Source: Octopus bimaculoides
Lineage: Eukaryota
Direction of reading: 5' to 3'
NCBI RefSeq assembly: GCF_001194135.2
Contig: NC_068989.1
Coordinates: 94,890,600 to 94,954,599 of the forward strand
Length of the DNA stretch: 64,000 nucleotides
The notes under the pieces were generated by a model. The model saw only the letters and a list, made by a program, of their open reading frames with translations. It was not told the DNA's origin and did not search any database. Below are positions 1 to 13,812 of the stretch, one piece after another. The position numbers were made by a program, and so were the translations under genes. Each line of letters opens with the position of its first letter. The first letter of the stretch is position 1.

Positions 1-41
<41 letters not shown>

Positions 42-58
42 CACATATATGTATATGT
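1..58. repeat. (TA)n microsatellite, degenerate at 3' end
   Basis: Direct inspection. Confidence 0.95.
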
Positions 59-3000
59 ATGCACGAGTCTGTGTATGTGCGTGAGTGTGTGTATCCGATT
101 ACATTTTATTGTTTTGTAAAGGTTAACTAAATTAAACTGATAGCTACAATATAGTGGTAATATAGTAGTAATTACGAAAACTTGTCTTCTCATAATTGAT
201 GTTGACCCTGTGCCATAGGCCTCAAGGTTAACGGACCAATGACACTAAAAGTGTATAATTATGTATTACACATTAAACAAAATGTATAATACATAATAAT
301 CATAAAAAAGTCATTATGTAAATTGTAGATCTTTCACAGAGGTGATCAAGGTATTATTAATGTTTACTGATCAATAAAGAAATTAATTAATCTATAAAGA
401 TGAGATCACAGTGTTGTCCAAAAAAGTAAAAATTGTTTACCATTCCAGTCTTGGGCATTGATACCAGAAGTTCTTCGAAGATAACAGTCATCAACTATTA
501 TTGCAAACTTGCCAATGGAAGGCTCAGATCCAACTTCATAAATAGAGAAAGACATCGTCTCTACAGAACTCATGAAATAACTACAAGTGATATGATACCG
601 AGAAAGCTTCAAACCAGAAAATCAGAATGTCTTTGTGACCAGAATTGATCAGAAAAAACATGTACATAGAAAAAAGCAGCAATTTGTGACTAATGAGAAA
701 GAAAGAATATTTTCGAAATAGCCGTGGAATGCTTTGTTTTGTACTGGCATCATTTAGAAAAACAAAGAGGCCGAATAACAACACTTTATGTACTTTAGCT
801 CTTGGAAATGCTGAACTGAAACAATCAAAGTTACAGAAACTAGTGATAACCTGCGTCTGTAAGTTCACATTTAGAATAAGTTTGTTTCTAATATTTCGGA
901 CAGAGTCCCGCAATCCGATTTACTTACTGATAAATATTATTATTACTCGATTTCTGTTGATACTTTTGCGCATGAAATAAATACACCCGGAGAATTTTAT
1001 AGTAATTTATCTCACATGTGTATTGCACATTATTTTATTGATGCTCAGAAAAAGGTAAAAAAGTGACATTATAGTTTAGATTTAAATACAGAACAATATC
1101 GTAGGAAAACAGTAAATAAAATACGACATTACGAAAATACATTGTTTGGAAATGTTGTAAAAGTGAAAGAAAATCTCTTACATGGATTTGTTCTGTTAGA
1201 ATTCGGTTTTCACTATCTCAGCTGAAAGAAGTGAAACAATATATTGTACAAAGAAATCTTGTCTTTAATGCAAGTATTGATGTATGCACTTGTTATTTAT
1301 TTTTTAGGATCGATTTATGATACCTGTTTTACAAAGAGCAATCGAGTAAAGAAAACTGAAATCGCTCTACTAGAAACCCTAAAAGACATCACAGTCACAG
1401 AAGAAAACACTTGGCGTAACTGACATTAAGTAAGAACAGACTTTATATAAATCCTCACAAAAAGTTGTACAAAAAATATCTCCCAGAAGGTGAATCAGAA
1501 AACCATTTAGAAACAATAATGTTTGCTCTTTTTCTCTCTATTTCTCTCACTTCCTTTCTCAATACTTTTATCGCTATACTCATGTCTTTTTGCTTTTTTT
1601 TTTACCTTTCTTTTTTAATACAATATTATTTACTTGTATGTAAAAAGGTAGCATAAAAAATGTTTCCAACTGTTAATATTGGCCAACAGTTTTCATCCCA
1701 ACGGAACTGCTACTTCTACTACTGCAAAAATGTCAGACAATTTTTCTTGCAACACTCGTGTATGACCTTATTATATAAATATCTTTTCAAATCCAAAACA
1801 TTTAATATCACTTCACAGAAATAATGCCATTATCAAAATATATAATGGCATAAAAATTATGAAAAAAAAATATAATAATTAAAAAAATTAGCAAATAAGA
1901 AAAACTATTAATTCCCATTAAAATATAATGGGTGTAATTCTGAATGATTTAAACATAATCATTACTAATAAATATGATTACATATGTAATTACGAAAAAA
2001 AGTAAAACGTAATTAAAAATAATTCTCTTACAGCTGTTTGTACCATATTTAATAGGAATAACTGGCAACAATTTCACATGAACGACTCTTAATAATGATT
2101 TCTCTCGTTGTATCCATGGGTTTATTAGGTTGCATTCACTTCAGTCGATCACTGGTGCTCATGTTACTACCAATGGAGTTTTTGTTCAATCTGCTAAAAG
2201 TAATAATCAAATCTCCTCAAATCACACTCCTGTGTGTTCCAAATAGAAGGCATATATCATTGTTAAGCTATTTGCGGATGCATTCTAGCTTCAATGTAAC
2301 GAATTCTTTGGCATGATTACAATAGCTCCAATCAATGCGTTACGATGATCAATATAGTTCAATGTGTTACTGTTCGTGGCAGAAATTTGATATCACGTGA
2401 TGTATGACTCATTGAATTTCCAGATCACGAAACTGTTTCGATATCGAAGCATGTAACTGAAGCTAAATAAAATTGTGATATATTATTCTAAGAGGAAGGC
2501 CATACTGGAAGGTATTTGGGAGTTGTGTACTTGTGTTTATTATTTTCTTTCTTTTAACCAAACCATCTGCATCAGTTTGTTTTATCTGGTGTCAAATAAA
2601 ATAGCAAGCATCTGCAGAAGTTTCTGGAAATGTCATATAAATTAGTTGAAATGTGAACAGCATTTGATATCGAATGACATTGAATTGAACTGTCCAATAC
2701 AATTTACTAAAGTAATTGGTTTCAACTACAACCACTTCATCAGGCTCTCCATCAAATATACCCACCTACTTACTAGATAGCTTGGGCTATTCGTAACAAA
2801 CCATTCTGTCATCTACAGATTTTGCCTCTGTCCTTCACTTTAAAATAAATTAACTTCTAACCTCGCAATCTTTAGAAACATGCATCTAGACGATCGCGTA
2901 CATTGTTTGCTTCTTGCTTGATAAATTTCCTTCCACTTAACATAATGAATTGGCAAGCACTGCTTGGTGACGGTATTGTTCCTTGTAACATTATAGTTGA

Positions 3001-3800
3001 AGTAAAACAATCGTACAATTTGGCCATTTACAATCCAGATGATTGCTAGAAAGACTTCTACAGTAATCTGTAATATCAGACTCAAGCTTTGTGCATTGTC
3101 TTATCTGTTTTCTATTAACAATGATTTAATAAAGTAATTTCTCAAAACGCTTTTCTTTGGCTTCTACACTTTTTTCGTCCAAAATGCTATTAACTCTTTC
3201 TATAATGACTTTAGACTTCCAGTATTATTCCAAAGAATATTTATCAGTTATCATGACTAGTTCGAACTTATTATTGTTTATGTAACTGGATTGCATTATT
3301 CTTCGGATTTTTAATTACGAAAATGCCAAAGAAGAATTTTACTGCAGACGATAAAAAGCAAATTATTGCCTTTCTTTGTTGATATATTTATTTAGTTTAT
3401 TGCAAGAGAACATATCTTCCTATATATAACTAAACTTATGTCATCCTGGGCAATAAGCAATTTGATTTATGCCCTTCCTTGCAGCGAAAGTAAGTTATTA
3501 TTTTTCACGAAACTAATTTAAGTATGAAGCAACAAGGGATCCTGTGTAGTGATTCAACGTCCGACAACAAGCAGAGAAATCCATTTCATCTTTTTTTTCT
3601 TTTCACACTGCTTCAACTGTCTTAAAAAGGAAATATTGCTCACTCTGAACACTGGCTACATTTGCCATAATGTTGAAGGCACTAGTCATACCTCAAAAGT
3701 CAGTCGAACGGATCACATCTTTTCATTTGGTCCTCTACATACTTAGTAATATCTGATATTTGATCTGGTTTGACCTAGAAATAAATGCAGCTATTTTTGT

Positions 3801-3990
3801 ATTCTTTCTATTCTTTTACTTGTTTCAGCCAGTTGACTGCGACCATGCTGGGGCACTACCTCGAAACATTTTAGTCGAGGGAGTCTATCCATAAGCCTAG
3901 TACTTATTTTCCCAGTCGCTTTTCGGCGACTTAAGCACACCAACACCAACTTTGAAGCAGTGATAAAGAACACAGAGACACATACATACA

Positions 3991-4049
<59 letters not shown>

Positions 4050-4185
4050 GACGGGCTCCTTTTAGTCTCCGTCTACCAAATCCACTCACAAGGCTTTGGT
4101 TGGCGCGAGGCTACAGTAAAAGACACTTGCCCTCGGTGCCAGGCAGTGGGACTGAACTCGGAATCATGTGATTCGGAAAGCCACA
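3801..4185 (-). mobile_element. SINE family B (tRNA-type head, internal microsatellite)
   Basis: Shares segments with copies at 24870-25215, 25240-25340 and 47113-47359 (GACACTTGCCC...GTGGGACTGAACTCGGAA.CATGTG; CTTGTTTCAG.CA.TTGACTGCG.CCATGCTGG); internal (TACA)n(TA)n at ~3977-4048. Confidence 0.8.
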
Positions 4186-5140
4186 ACTGTTGCTTATCCT
4201 TTCGGATTGCAACTATATTTCCGTTTTTAATTATTTCCAAATCGAAATGTTTGTGCTGATTCCTGTACTTTGTTCCACCATTTTGAAAATTGCCTTTAAA
4301 AGGCTGCCAAATTTGGCAACGCAATTTATTTCCACGGTTCTGTTGGCGGGAGATGGGGGGAGGTCTTTTGTGAATGTGAGTGGTTCTTCCTTTATATTAT
4401 AAATCTTTCACATACCTTTCTCATTCTGTGGTGAGTGTCTAACCTTGCACGAACGTTTAAATCGATTAGTTATGGATACAAAGCAATTAATCTCCCCTCC
4501 TTATTAATTGGTAAAGGTTTGGGGCTCACTACGATAACTATTCTAGCACCCTCTTATCGCCTATCTTTTACTAAGTCATGCCGCCATGCTGGGGCACCGC
4601 CTTGAACAATTTCAACACCTCTTATAAAGTATTTTAAAGTCTTGTAAAGTCTACTATATTCTTTGGTAGTCTTATACCACCTTATAAATATTTATTTTGC
4701 TATAAAATACTTACTGCGGACAGACATTTTGAACAGCCTGTATAATGTCCAGAATAATGTTCTTCAACTCGCTACGAGCGCAGTTTTATAAATCAAGGTT
4801 TCAGTTCATTTCTTGTGTTATCAAATTAAGTAATTCTAACTGAACTAGTATGGTTTTTTTTTTACTTTAATATAATTAGTGTTTAATTAACAACAAAACA
4901 GTCAAATATGCAGTTGTGGTAACCGCACCTGTTGACCACCTTCAATCAAAACACTTTCATCAGTTTTTGAAGGCTCGATCATTCGTTCATTGTCTTCGAT
5001 GCCTCTCAAAATTCAATTTTCAAAAACTGTTGTAATTGACCTTAGAATTAAATAATGTTTTGACAAAACTATGGACATTTCCTTGCTAAATATTTTTTTG
5101 AAATATGAATGCACGTATGTATATATATATATATATATAT

Positions 5141-5624
5141 NNNNNNNNNNNNNNNNNNNNNNNNNNNNNNNNNNNNNNNNNNNNNNNNNNNNNNNNNNNN
5201 NNNNNNNNNNNNNNNNNNNNNNNNNNNNNNNNNNNNNNNNNNNNNNNNNNNNNNNNNNNNNNNNNNNNNNNNNNNNNNNNNNNNNNNNNNNNNNNNNNNN
5301 NNNNNNNNNNNNNNNNNNNNNNNNNNNNNNNNNNNNNNNNNNNNNNNNNNNNNNNNNNNNNNNNNNNNNNNNNNNNNNNNNNNNNNNNNNNNNNNNNNNN
5401 NNNNNNNNNNNNNNNNNNNNNNNNNNNNNNNNNNNNNNNNNNNNNNNNNNNNNNNNNNNNNNNNNNNNNNNNNNNNNNNNNNNNNNNNNNNNNNNNNNNN
5501 NNNNNNNNNNNNNNNNNNNNNNNNNNNNNNNNNNNNNNNNNNNNNNNNNNNNNNNNNNNNNNNNNNNNNNNNNNNNNNNNNNNNNNNNNNNNNNNNNNNN
5601 NNNNNNNNNNNNNNNNNNNNNNNN
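5141..5624. other. Assembly gap (N) inside a (TA)n tract
   Basis: Run of N flanked by TA repeats. Confidence 1.
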
Positions 5625-5663
<39 letters not shown>

Positions 5664-7382
5664 AACATGAATATATACTCGCACACGCGCGGGTACACAC
5701 TCGTATATATATATATACATACATGTGGGTGGTGGGGCAGAAGTAACAGAATTACTCGAATCGTGCCCGAGAAGCTTACTTATCCACTTCGCTCTGATAT
5801 TTATTTGCCAAACTCCATCCTCTGCAATATATTCTGTCTTATGTTTTAGTTTCAATAAAGGATTTGAACATAGTCTTTCATTAAGCTGTCTCTCTTCTTG
5901 TTCGCTGCAACTTTTTTCCCTGATATTTCATTGCTGAAACAGACAAATGAAATTGCAGAAGCTTTCTCTATAAAAAAAGAAGTCGAATTTTAAGCAAAAA
6001 CATTTATTTTAGCCTAATATTCTACGAAATGTACACAGCACTCCAAATGTGGAAAATCCACCACAGATGTTCCGACGTTTACTGTTTGAATTGTCGCATG
6101 CTCTACAGATAGTTATTTAGATCCAAAAGCCATACGGTAACATGAAAAAGCAATGCACATAGAGTTTAACGCTAACTCCTTCACGTGAGGTTGATATAAA
6201 ACAGAAAGTTGTTGTTTTGTCTGTCTCTCTTTGATTTCTCTTCATCGCAAAAATGAATAATATAGATGAAAATAGAAAATACACATGAAAATAGAAGTAT
6301 ATTCTATTGTGTTTCCTTTATTAGATGTTGCAGTTTGGCTTCCGGTATACAATGCTGCCACCTGAGAAAGCTACTACTAAGTCAACATCAAGGCATTACG
6401 ATACATAACTACATCAATGAACTACATTCTGAAAATGACAACATCAACATCAACATCAACATCAGCGCTCTCATATAACAGCTGTTATTCTGACTGTGAA
6501 AGTATAAATATAGTCGACGTTGCTAGCGAAATTAAATATCATTTCAAGGAAATACTTTCAAGCCGAAAGAAAGGTTTTTCTCACATTGTTTCTTTATGAA
6601 TATTTTTTCTATTCCAGTTATTCTTTAGCAATATGAATGCTATGAGAAACAACTGCATTTATATAAACTACAGACATGAAAAGGCAATAAATTAGTATTT
6701 CTCCTTGTGTTTATAACACTACTGACGATACACATCTTTATATTTGAAAAAAAGACAAGCTGCGTGTGTGGTCTTGTAAGAATAGAAGACAGCACAGCTG
6801 AAAACGAAGTACATATTCAGCGCCTGTAATTTCTGTATTTCTGTATTATTTGCAAGTTTTTGTAAGGGTTTCTGCTCTAATCAGACTGCACTGTTATACG
6901 CATGGTATTTATATTTTTAAACAATTTTAGGCGTGTCTAATTTCTTAATAACGTTCAGTGACTATGAGATGCCATTTTGTGCATTGCACAGAAGCAAAAG
7001 AGAAAAAAGTAAACACGATATTATTACAGAAAAGTTTTGGTTACGGTAATGTAATTTTTGCTCTGCGATGCAAGGAAATAAATACACTACATGTACCAAG
7101 ATGCTTGGAGTTTGATGAATGGGTAGATGCAAATAAAAGCGAGAGCAACCGGTAAGATCTATTATAGTAAACTGAAGATAGAATTAAATGTCAATACACA
7201 ATAGTCGGGTAAACATTGAAGAGTTTTCAATGGAAGATACTTCATTGATTGAACGTAGAAGAGGGTAACAATGGATGAAAGTGGATCCTGTCCCGTTTGT
7301 AAGATAAGATTGAAATGGAAGTTTTAAGAGTTCCAACAAGAAATAGAATGTCAGCGTACTTGGCTGACAAAAAGATGACAGC

Positions 7383-7507
7383 GGGGTGGTGGTGGTGGTG
7401 GTGGTGGTAGTGGTGGCGGCGGCGTCGGCGGCGTCGGTGGTGGTGGTGGTGGTGGTGGTAGTGTTGCTACCGCTACTGCTGCTGCTGATGATGATGATGA
7501 TGATGAT
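7383..7507. repeat. Compound trinucleotide repeat (GGT)n/(GGC)/(GCT)/(GAT)n
   Basis: Direct inspection; source of the poly-P and poly-V ORFs. Confidence 0.9.
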
Positions 7508-7798
7508 TTCGTTGTGTTTGTTAAACCTGAGGTCAGCATTGATAAATCAGAGTTACCATCAAAGACATTAATTGTAACCATCCCGTCTTTTATTCGGACA
7601 CAATAGATCTAGGGCCACAATTTCAATACATTCCTTCTATTTTAAAGCGGTGAGAGAAAGGTTTCGTAGCTATTTTCAACAACTGAAGCCAACTCAGTAT
7701 TTCTTACATAAGCAAGGACTGAAAGGTGAAGAAGGGTACAGCTGTTTGAATCGATTTGGATCGATTCAACTGGTGCTTATAATCCTAATCTACTTCTA

Positions 7799-8010
7799 AG
7801 GCGGTGAACTGACCTTCAGATCGTTCAACAAGATACTTGGCAGCATTTCACCCGCTTCTTTGCGTTCTGAGTTCAAGTCCTACCGTTATCAACTTTCCTT
7901 TCATTTTCTTGGGGTCACTAAAATAAAGTACCAGTCAATACTGAGATCGGTGTAATTTACTTAGCCCTTACCCTAAAATTGCTGGTCTTGCAGCAGAAAG
8001 AAAGAATTGT
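7799..8010 (+). mobile_element. SINE family A, diverged copy
   Basis: AGGCGGTGAACTG head, CGTTCTGAGTTCAAGTCC B-box-like motif, AATAAAGTACCAGT core, as in 58455-58662. Confidence 0.7.
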
Positions 8011-8065
8011 TTTTTTTTATTTCCTCCAGGGTTTAGGTCTGTAATGCCATATAACGAAATACCAA

Positions 8066-8238
8066 TGTGATTAAGAAGTTCTCTTGATAACTACGCGGTT
8101 TCGAGTTCAAGCCATTGCGTAGAACCTTAGCATGTGTCTTTAATATAACCCCACCGGTAGACCAAAGCCCCGTGAAGAAATTTCTTCGATGGAAATTGTG
8201 TAGAAACTTACCGAAAATACACCCACACACACACACAT

Positions 8239-8288
<50 letters not shown>

Positions 8289-8330
8289 GTATATATACAT
8301 ACACATACACACATGCACACACCTATATAC
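8066..8330 (+). mobile_element. SINE family B 5' part running into a microsatellite
   Basis: GTGATTAAGAAGTT...GGTTTCGAGTTCAAGCC...GACCAAAGCC, followed by CA/TA repeats. Confidence 0.55.
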
Positions 8331-9264
8331 ATGCATTCATGTGTAGGCCATTGACGTATGAGTTAGACAGTTCCACTGGCGATCGCCTAATCGCCGTTTC
8401 GATTTCCAAACTGGGGCACGCGTAATGTTTCTGGGCAGGTGTGGTGGAGAATGTTGACTTGCTCGCCTAACCAGCGGGCTGGCGCATTCGAAGGTTAAAT
8501 CATGTGACCACTGATGTGTAACAACATCTGAAAATCCGGCTGGTCACATGATCATGTGATGCGACCATGTGATCGTGTATTGCATTCATATATATGTTTT
8601 GCGCGCGTGTGTGTGTTTCTCACTGATAGACAGTCTGTGTTAGTTTGTGTGTGTAGAACTTAGCTTTACAGCAAAACCATAACCTGCTACGTGAAATGGG
8701 GTCGATTTGATTATCTGAACCGTTCAGTGCGTTGTCCCATCGTGGAACAACTTGAATAGCAACAGAATAAAAGTAAAGCATAAAATTTTATGTACAAGTT
8801 ATTGAAAATGCGATGTCTTAATGAAACTCAAAGGTTATACAGTGAATTACCTTCGGGATTTCAGATCCACAAATAAGCATAATACATAAATATTAAATAT
8901 AGAAGATTTTCGGTAGTTTGTACTTTTACAAGTGTTTAAACTTATGAAAGTTAATGTGCTTCTGCGTTTAAACTTGTGTATATGTAAATCTTGGGGAAAT
9001 TGTTTTCTTTCGTTTTACCATATTTCAGCATTAGCTAGATATGCTGAGGTGAAACATATAACCCAGTGACGAATTACGCATCTATCTCAAAAAGTTTTGT
9101 TCATCTGATACTTAATTCACTTGACATCATATCAAAACTTCAGCTTCTCACGGCTACTTTGCTGGTTCTTTTTTTTTTTTCTTTCTTTTAGTTATACTTT
9201 TCTAGTTTACTAGTTTACTAGTTTAGCTGATATCGTTTTCCGATAAACTTTTTTTCCTTGTTTC

Positions 9265-9323
9265 ATATATACACATACATTCATACATGCATATATATAT
9301 ATATATATACATACATTCATACA

Positions 9324-9408
<85 letters not shown>
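9265..9408. repeat. (TA)n/(TACA) microsatellite
   Basis: Direct inspection. Confidence 0.95.
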
Positions 9409-9410
<2 letters not shown>

Positions 9411-9803
9411 TCTTTCAAAGATTTCTTTTCTAATAGTATTTTTTCCTTTCGATAATTCAATCAACATTTCTTTATCTTCTTTGAGATAAGTTTTATAATT
9501 CTCACCTGCTTTTCCGTTTTGCCGAAAGGCTATACTTTACACAACAGTAATGCTGTGTTGTTTACTTCTTTTATTTCATATCTTGAGTTTACTATAGATA
9601 TGACATACTATAACATACTTCTATTTCGTTGCTAAATTCTTCCACAACCATAATCAAAACGTTAATTTCATTTACTTTTATTGTCATCATGCTTTCAGTA
9701 ATTTTTTTGGAAACTTCGTCTATGTCACCACCTGTGCTTCCATGTTCGTCATACGTGCCACATTGTCTTGTGTGATTGATAGGCGACAGTTGCGTAGAAT
9801 TTG

Positions 9804-9841
<38 letters not shown>

Positions 9842-9877
9842 CATTATTATTATTATTATTATTATTATTGTAATTAC

Positions 9878-9911
<34 letters not shown>

Positions 9912-10385
9912 GTGAAAGAGCAGGGCATACCATCAAAGTAAGACTGGGGTAAAATATACGAGACCTAGTATACCCATCATGACTACCCGTCTGATAAGGG
10001 TACCCCAGGCCCATGCATCACAACCAGATGCGTGCAACATGGTGATTTCATATCACGATAAGCAGCGCATGACCTCGCAGGTGGGGCCCAGTTAGAATTT
10101 TCCTCGCGTCGAGTAGTCCATTTCACTCAAAAGGTCTCTGAATAAGGAATGTTTAAGGATGTTAAACAAAACACCCATGTTTTGCAGAGGTGAATTATTC
10201 AAATCCAGAGAATTCCTCTCAGAACATCGATATGATGCCCCCCACCCCACTACTTCTGCTCATGATCAGAGATGCACATATTGAGCAGAATATTTGCTGC
10301 AACCCGTTTTTTATACCAAGACTAAACAATGTACGTGATAACACTTCCAAACAGTTAAGATCAGAAGCCATGAGAGCCCAATGAT
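9804..10385 (-). mobile_element. Dispersed repeat family C (LINE 3'-UTR-like) with (AAT)n tail at 9804-9911
   Basis: Both ends match, in reverse complement, the copy at 33095-33546 (GAGCAG.GCAT.CCATCAAAGT..ACTGGGGTA; GATCAGAGATGCACAT; ACACTTCCAA.CAGTTAAGATCAGAAG). Confidence 0.75.
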
Positions 10386-10392
10386 TGGTACT

Positions 10393-10566
10393 TTATTACC
10401 ATTATTATTCAGTAGTCTTATTTTTATCAGGTACTTTCATTGCACTACCAAGTGCTGCTCTACCTGTGCCTTGGCTTTGTGGTGAGGTTTGTTGTGATGC
10501 ACTTATCTTTACTGTATTGAAAGTGATTTACGTAGGATGTGTGCAGTACCTAGTAGTGCTATTATC
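10393..10566 (-). mobile_element. 3' end of an R4/Dong-like (REL-endonuclease) LINE
   Basis: Minus strand encodes IIALLGTAHILRKSLSIQ*, matching the LGTAxILRK C-terminal motif of these elements, then a short 3' UTR and AAT tail. Confidence 0.7.
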
Positions 10567-12418
10567 AACCAATCTATCAGTTAGGTTCGTCAATGTTTTT
10601 TAGTCGCCATTCGTAACTCCACCAATGACATTTCCTCTCTCTCTACTCCAAGTCTGCTTCAGGTCTGTCTTAGAAGCACATTCGAATTAAAGTAAACGAA
10701 TTTTTCCCAGATTGGTACATATAAGGCTACAAAATTAAAACGTTCTGAAAGAAACTTCTTACTTTCCGGTTCGACACCACTTCTATCGAAGGTTTCGATT
10801 GACCATCGCTTTGTCAGTAGAATTTGATAGATGGAAACACAGACAGATGTGTATGCCTGTATGGCTGCAAACGTGTCTTCGTCTATGTTTACCGTTGTAA
10901 AATCTTAAGCTGCATTGATTCGATAAATAGAGATCGATAAAATAAGCAGCAGACTAATGTAAACGCTAGAATTTATACGATTCTTAAAGGCGGTCCTCCA
11001 ACTCAGTCGCCGTCCAAAGGCAGAAACCAGTACAAGAAAAATTTATATAAATTATTCAAACATCAATAATTCTGCAACAACCGCCAGATATTATAATTGC
11101 TCACATTTAATAAATTTAGTGAAACGTATAGAATCCTTAGAAGTCGCTCAGGCTTTCAATGTTGTCGTTTCCTTTCCATAAGAGTGTAGTATTTGAAGCG
11201 ACAAGTATTATTAATAACAGACGTCATAGGGTTAGTCAGAGAAATAAACATCAATCATGATATAACTTCATACGCATCTCTATTAAGGCTAAGATGAAAA
11301 TGTCTGATATTCAAGGCTTTATGAACGGCTTTATTATCAAGATTTGTTATATTTCATCGAAAATTGAAACCAATAACTTCATGCATGGAATTTTCCTCTA
11401 TATTGACTTATAATAACAGAATAATGTGATTTCCTTCTATTTGAAAACTTATTTTATTTAAAGGCTTATTGTTTGCTCTACGGCGTTCAATATGGACACC
11501 TTTTGATTAAAATCAAGTTTCAGTGTTGCATTATCGCTTGATTTTCTTCGATTTTAGATTATATGATGGACTTACCCGTTGTTTTCAATGTATAAGTGTT
11601 CACTTGTTCGATCACTTGTTTATAACTAGCGTGTGATACAATAATAAATGCGTTCCGCAAGATGCTACGCTGTGGGATCAAACTTAGAGTCATGTGGCTG
11701 GAAAGCATACTGCTAAGCCACCCAGTTATACTCCATAGTTAAATAGTTGCTAATAGACTTACTGTATTTAGCCAAACAAAATGTTCACAGATTTCAAATT
11801 ACACATGTTGTGTGGAGAAAAGGACCTTTATTACATTGAGTTATTCATTCTGGTAAAGAAATGCAAAGTTATGCATTAATTAAAAATTGATTGCAGCTTA
11901 ACAGTAATGAGGGACTCCGATTTTTGGTATTATTTAATTTAACATACAAGATGTCTAGTGGTAAAATTAATTCAAAAACTAAAGAATTCAATATTTTAAA
12001 GTTGCTGTGCATCAATAAGTGCGAAGGATTTCTTCGCTAAATATTACAATTTTTCACTCCGCACCAGAAGCTAAATAAACACTCGTCTGTAATTCTCTGA
12101 GTTCAGAGATAAATCTGTGAACTGTCGACCAATATTTGTTTTAATCTCGTAGTGAAGAAGGAAATTGTTGCTCATAATCCTTTGTAGTACCTTCGAGACA
12201 GGTTGGAGGTCGGAAGCAAATTATCCTCAAACCACAATATTCGAGAAAACGATCATAGATTGAACTCAGATAAGGATACCTGGTGTGTCGGATGATGGTG
12301 ATAAATAATGCATCGACTAAGTCCAAAATCCTAGCAGGCTCTGGCAAGATTTGGCCTCAGACAGCAATGAACAAGACAAACACCGGCGTTCTTACTGTTT
12401 CCCCAACCCACAATACTA

Positions 12419-12545
12419 CAGGGTGTCCACAAAGTCTGGGTACATGGGGATTAACACATACTTTAAGAAATTATTATTTCTTCTATTTAATTGTTTATGT
12501 TATGATTTTTTTTACTCCCTGTACCCAGACTTTGTGGACACCCTG
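12419..12545. mobile_element. 127-bp Tc1/mariner-type MITE
   Basis: Perfect 26-bp TIRs CAGGGTGTCCACAAAGTCTGGGTACA, TA on both sides (12417-18, 12546-47), AT-rich non-coding interior. Confidence 0.92.
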
Positions 12546-12547
12546 TA

Positions 12548-12685
12548 GATTGGATTTTATTTATCGACCCTGAAGGGATAAAAGGCAAATGTGACCGCAG
12601 TGTGATTCGAAATCAAAATGTAGAGAGTTGTAACAAATACAGCGAAATACTGTATCCGAAGCTCTGACGGTTCTGCCATCCATGT
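12548..12685 (-). mobile_element. SINE family A, old copy interrupted by the MITE
   Basis: TTTATCGACCCTGAAGGGATAAAAGGCAAA...GGTTCTGCCA is the reverse complement of the family A core and head. Confidence 0.6.
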
Positions 12686-13726
12686 TGTGTATATTCACTA
12701 CCACACTTGGTGAGAAAGTGAAATATACTTGCCCGAAGGGCTACAACATAACATTCATAATATGGATACAGTGCTGCCTGAAATTTCTGTACCCTATCAA
12801 TCAGTAGACACTCTTTTGCATTCCATTGTGCTGCTTCACTATCATAAAGGATTCGGTCGGCAATATTCGTATAAAGTTAGCAAATCAAATAATTTAGTTT
12901 TCAAAAAAAAGTCTTGCATGTGATTTATCGATGAATACAGTGTGTCGTCATTTGGGGAGGCTTTACATATCTGAAGTGCTTATTAATTTTCGGCATTCGA
13001 TTACTTCTTTCCACTATCATTTGATGATAAAGAAAGATAAAACAGCCACGAGTAAAATTTATCGAACATGAAATGACTGGATATATTTTTTCATCGTTTT
13101 CTCGCAAAAGGTCTTAGGCCTATCATCTCTGATCTAAACCTTTGATCTATTTTGATGCAGTTTTATGGTAAAATTACTTCTTATAGAAATCTGCGAGAAT
13201 TCATTCGCCTATGTCTATATCACAAATGTCGATATATTTCTATCCAAGTTACTTTGTAAAAGAATTGAATATCCATGCTATCTAAATCCAAATAGCTTAA
13301 CTTACACTTGGCCTAACTTGGTATTAGCTCCGCAATTATTCAGATGATGGAAATAAATAAAATCCTTCCAGCTAGAAAATGAGTAACGAAATTTAATTTC
13401 CACAAACTTTAGCTCGCAAAACCTCGAATTCCATGACCAAATGCAATAAATTTACAACAGGAAATAGACTGAACTTGTGGCTGTTGTAAGACATACGCAA
13501 CAAACTGTCGATAAAATATCCATTAATGGAAATTATGGTCTGAAAACACAACGATTTCATATTAAAGTTATCCATTTTACAATATATTTATATCCATTAT
13601 GTTACATGCATTCAGAAATATAACACGTATTTGGCGGGGACTCAAATTTAGTAACTCAAAGCTTCTTATATACTCGACAAATCTATTAAGTATTGTCTTC
13701 ACGGGTCTTTACACGTACACATTTGC

Positions 13727-13728
<2 letters not shown>

Positions 13729-13801
<73 letters not shown>

Positions 13802-13812
13802 CGTGCGTGCGA
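13729..13812. repeat. (GT)n microsatellite
   Basis: Direct inspection. Confidence 0.95.

Noticed and set aside
2030-3100. Stop-interrupted frames with vague GPCR- or lectin-like wording (e.g. TLFASCLINFLPLNIMN)
   Set aside because: Stop density is near random and no complete motif can be assembled.
5013-5855. Long ORFs spanning N runs (also at 20.6-21.0, 22.5-23.4, 42.1-42.3 and 53.3-53.8 kb)
   Set aside because: Open only because N and (TA)n/(CT)n lack stops in those frames; artefacts.
8499-8559. 12-bp inverted repeat ATCATGTGACCA/TGGTCACATGAT; also a 10-bp one at 28638-28662
   Set aside because: Stems too short for a miRNA precursor; the first appears to lie in a dispersed repeat.
12540-12552. 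ACCCTGTAGAT resembling the start of miR-10
   Set aside because: It is the MITE terminal repeat plus TA; the rest of the mature miRNA does not match.
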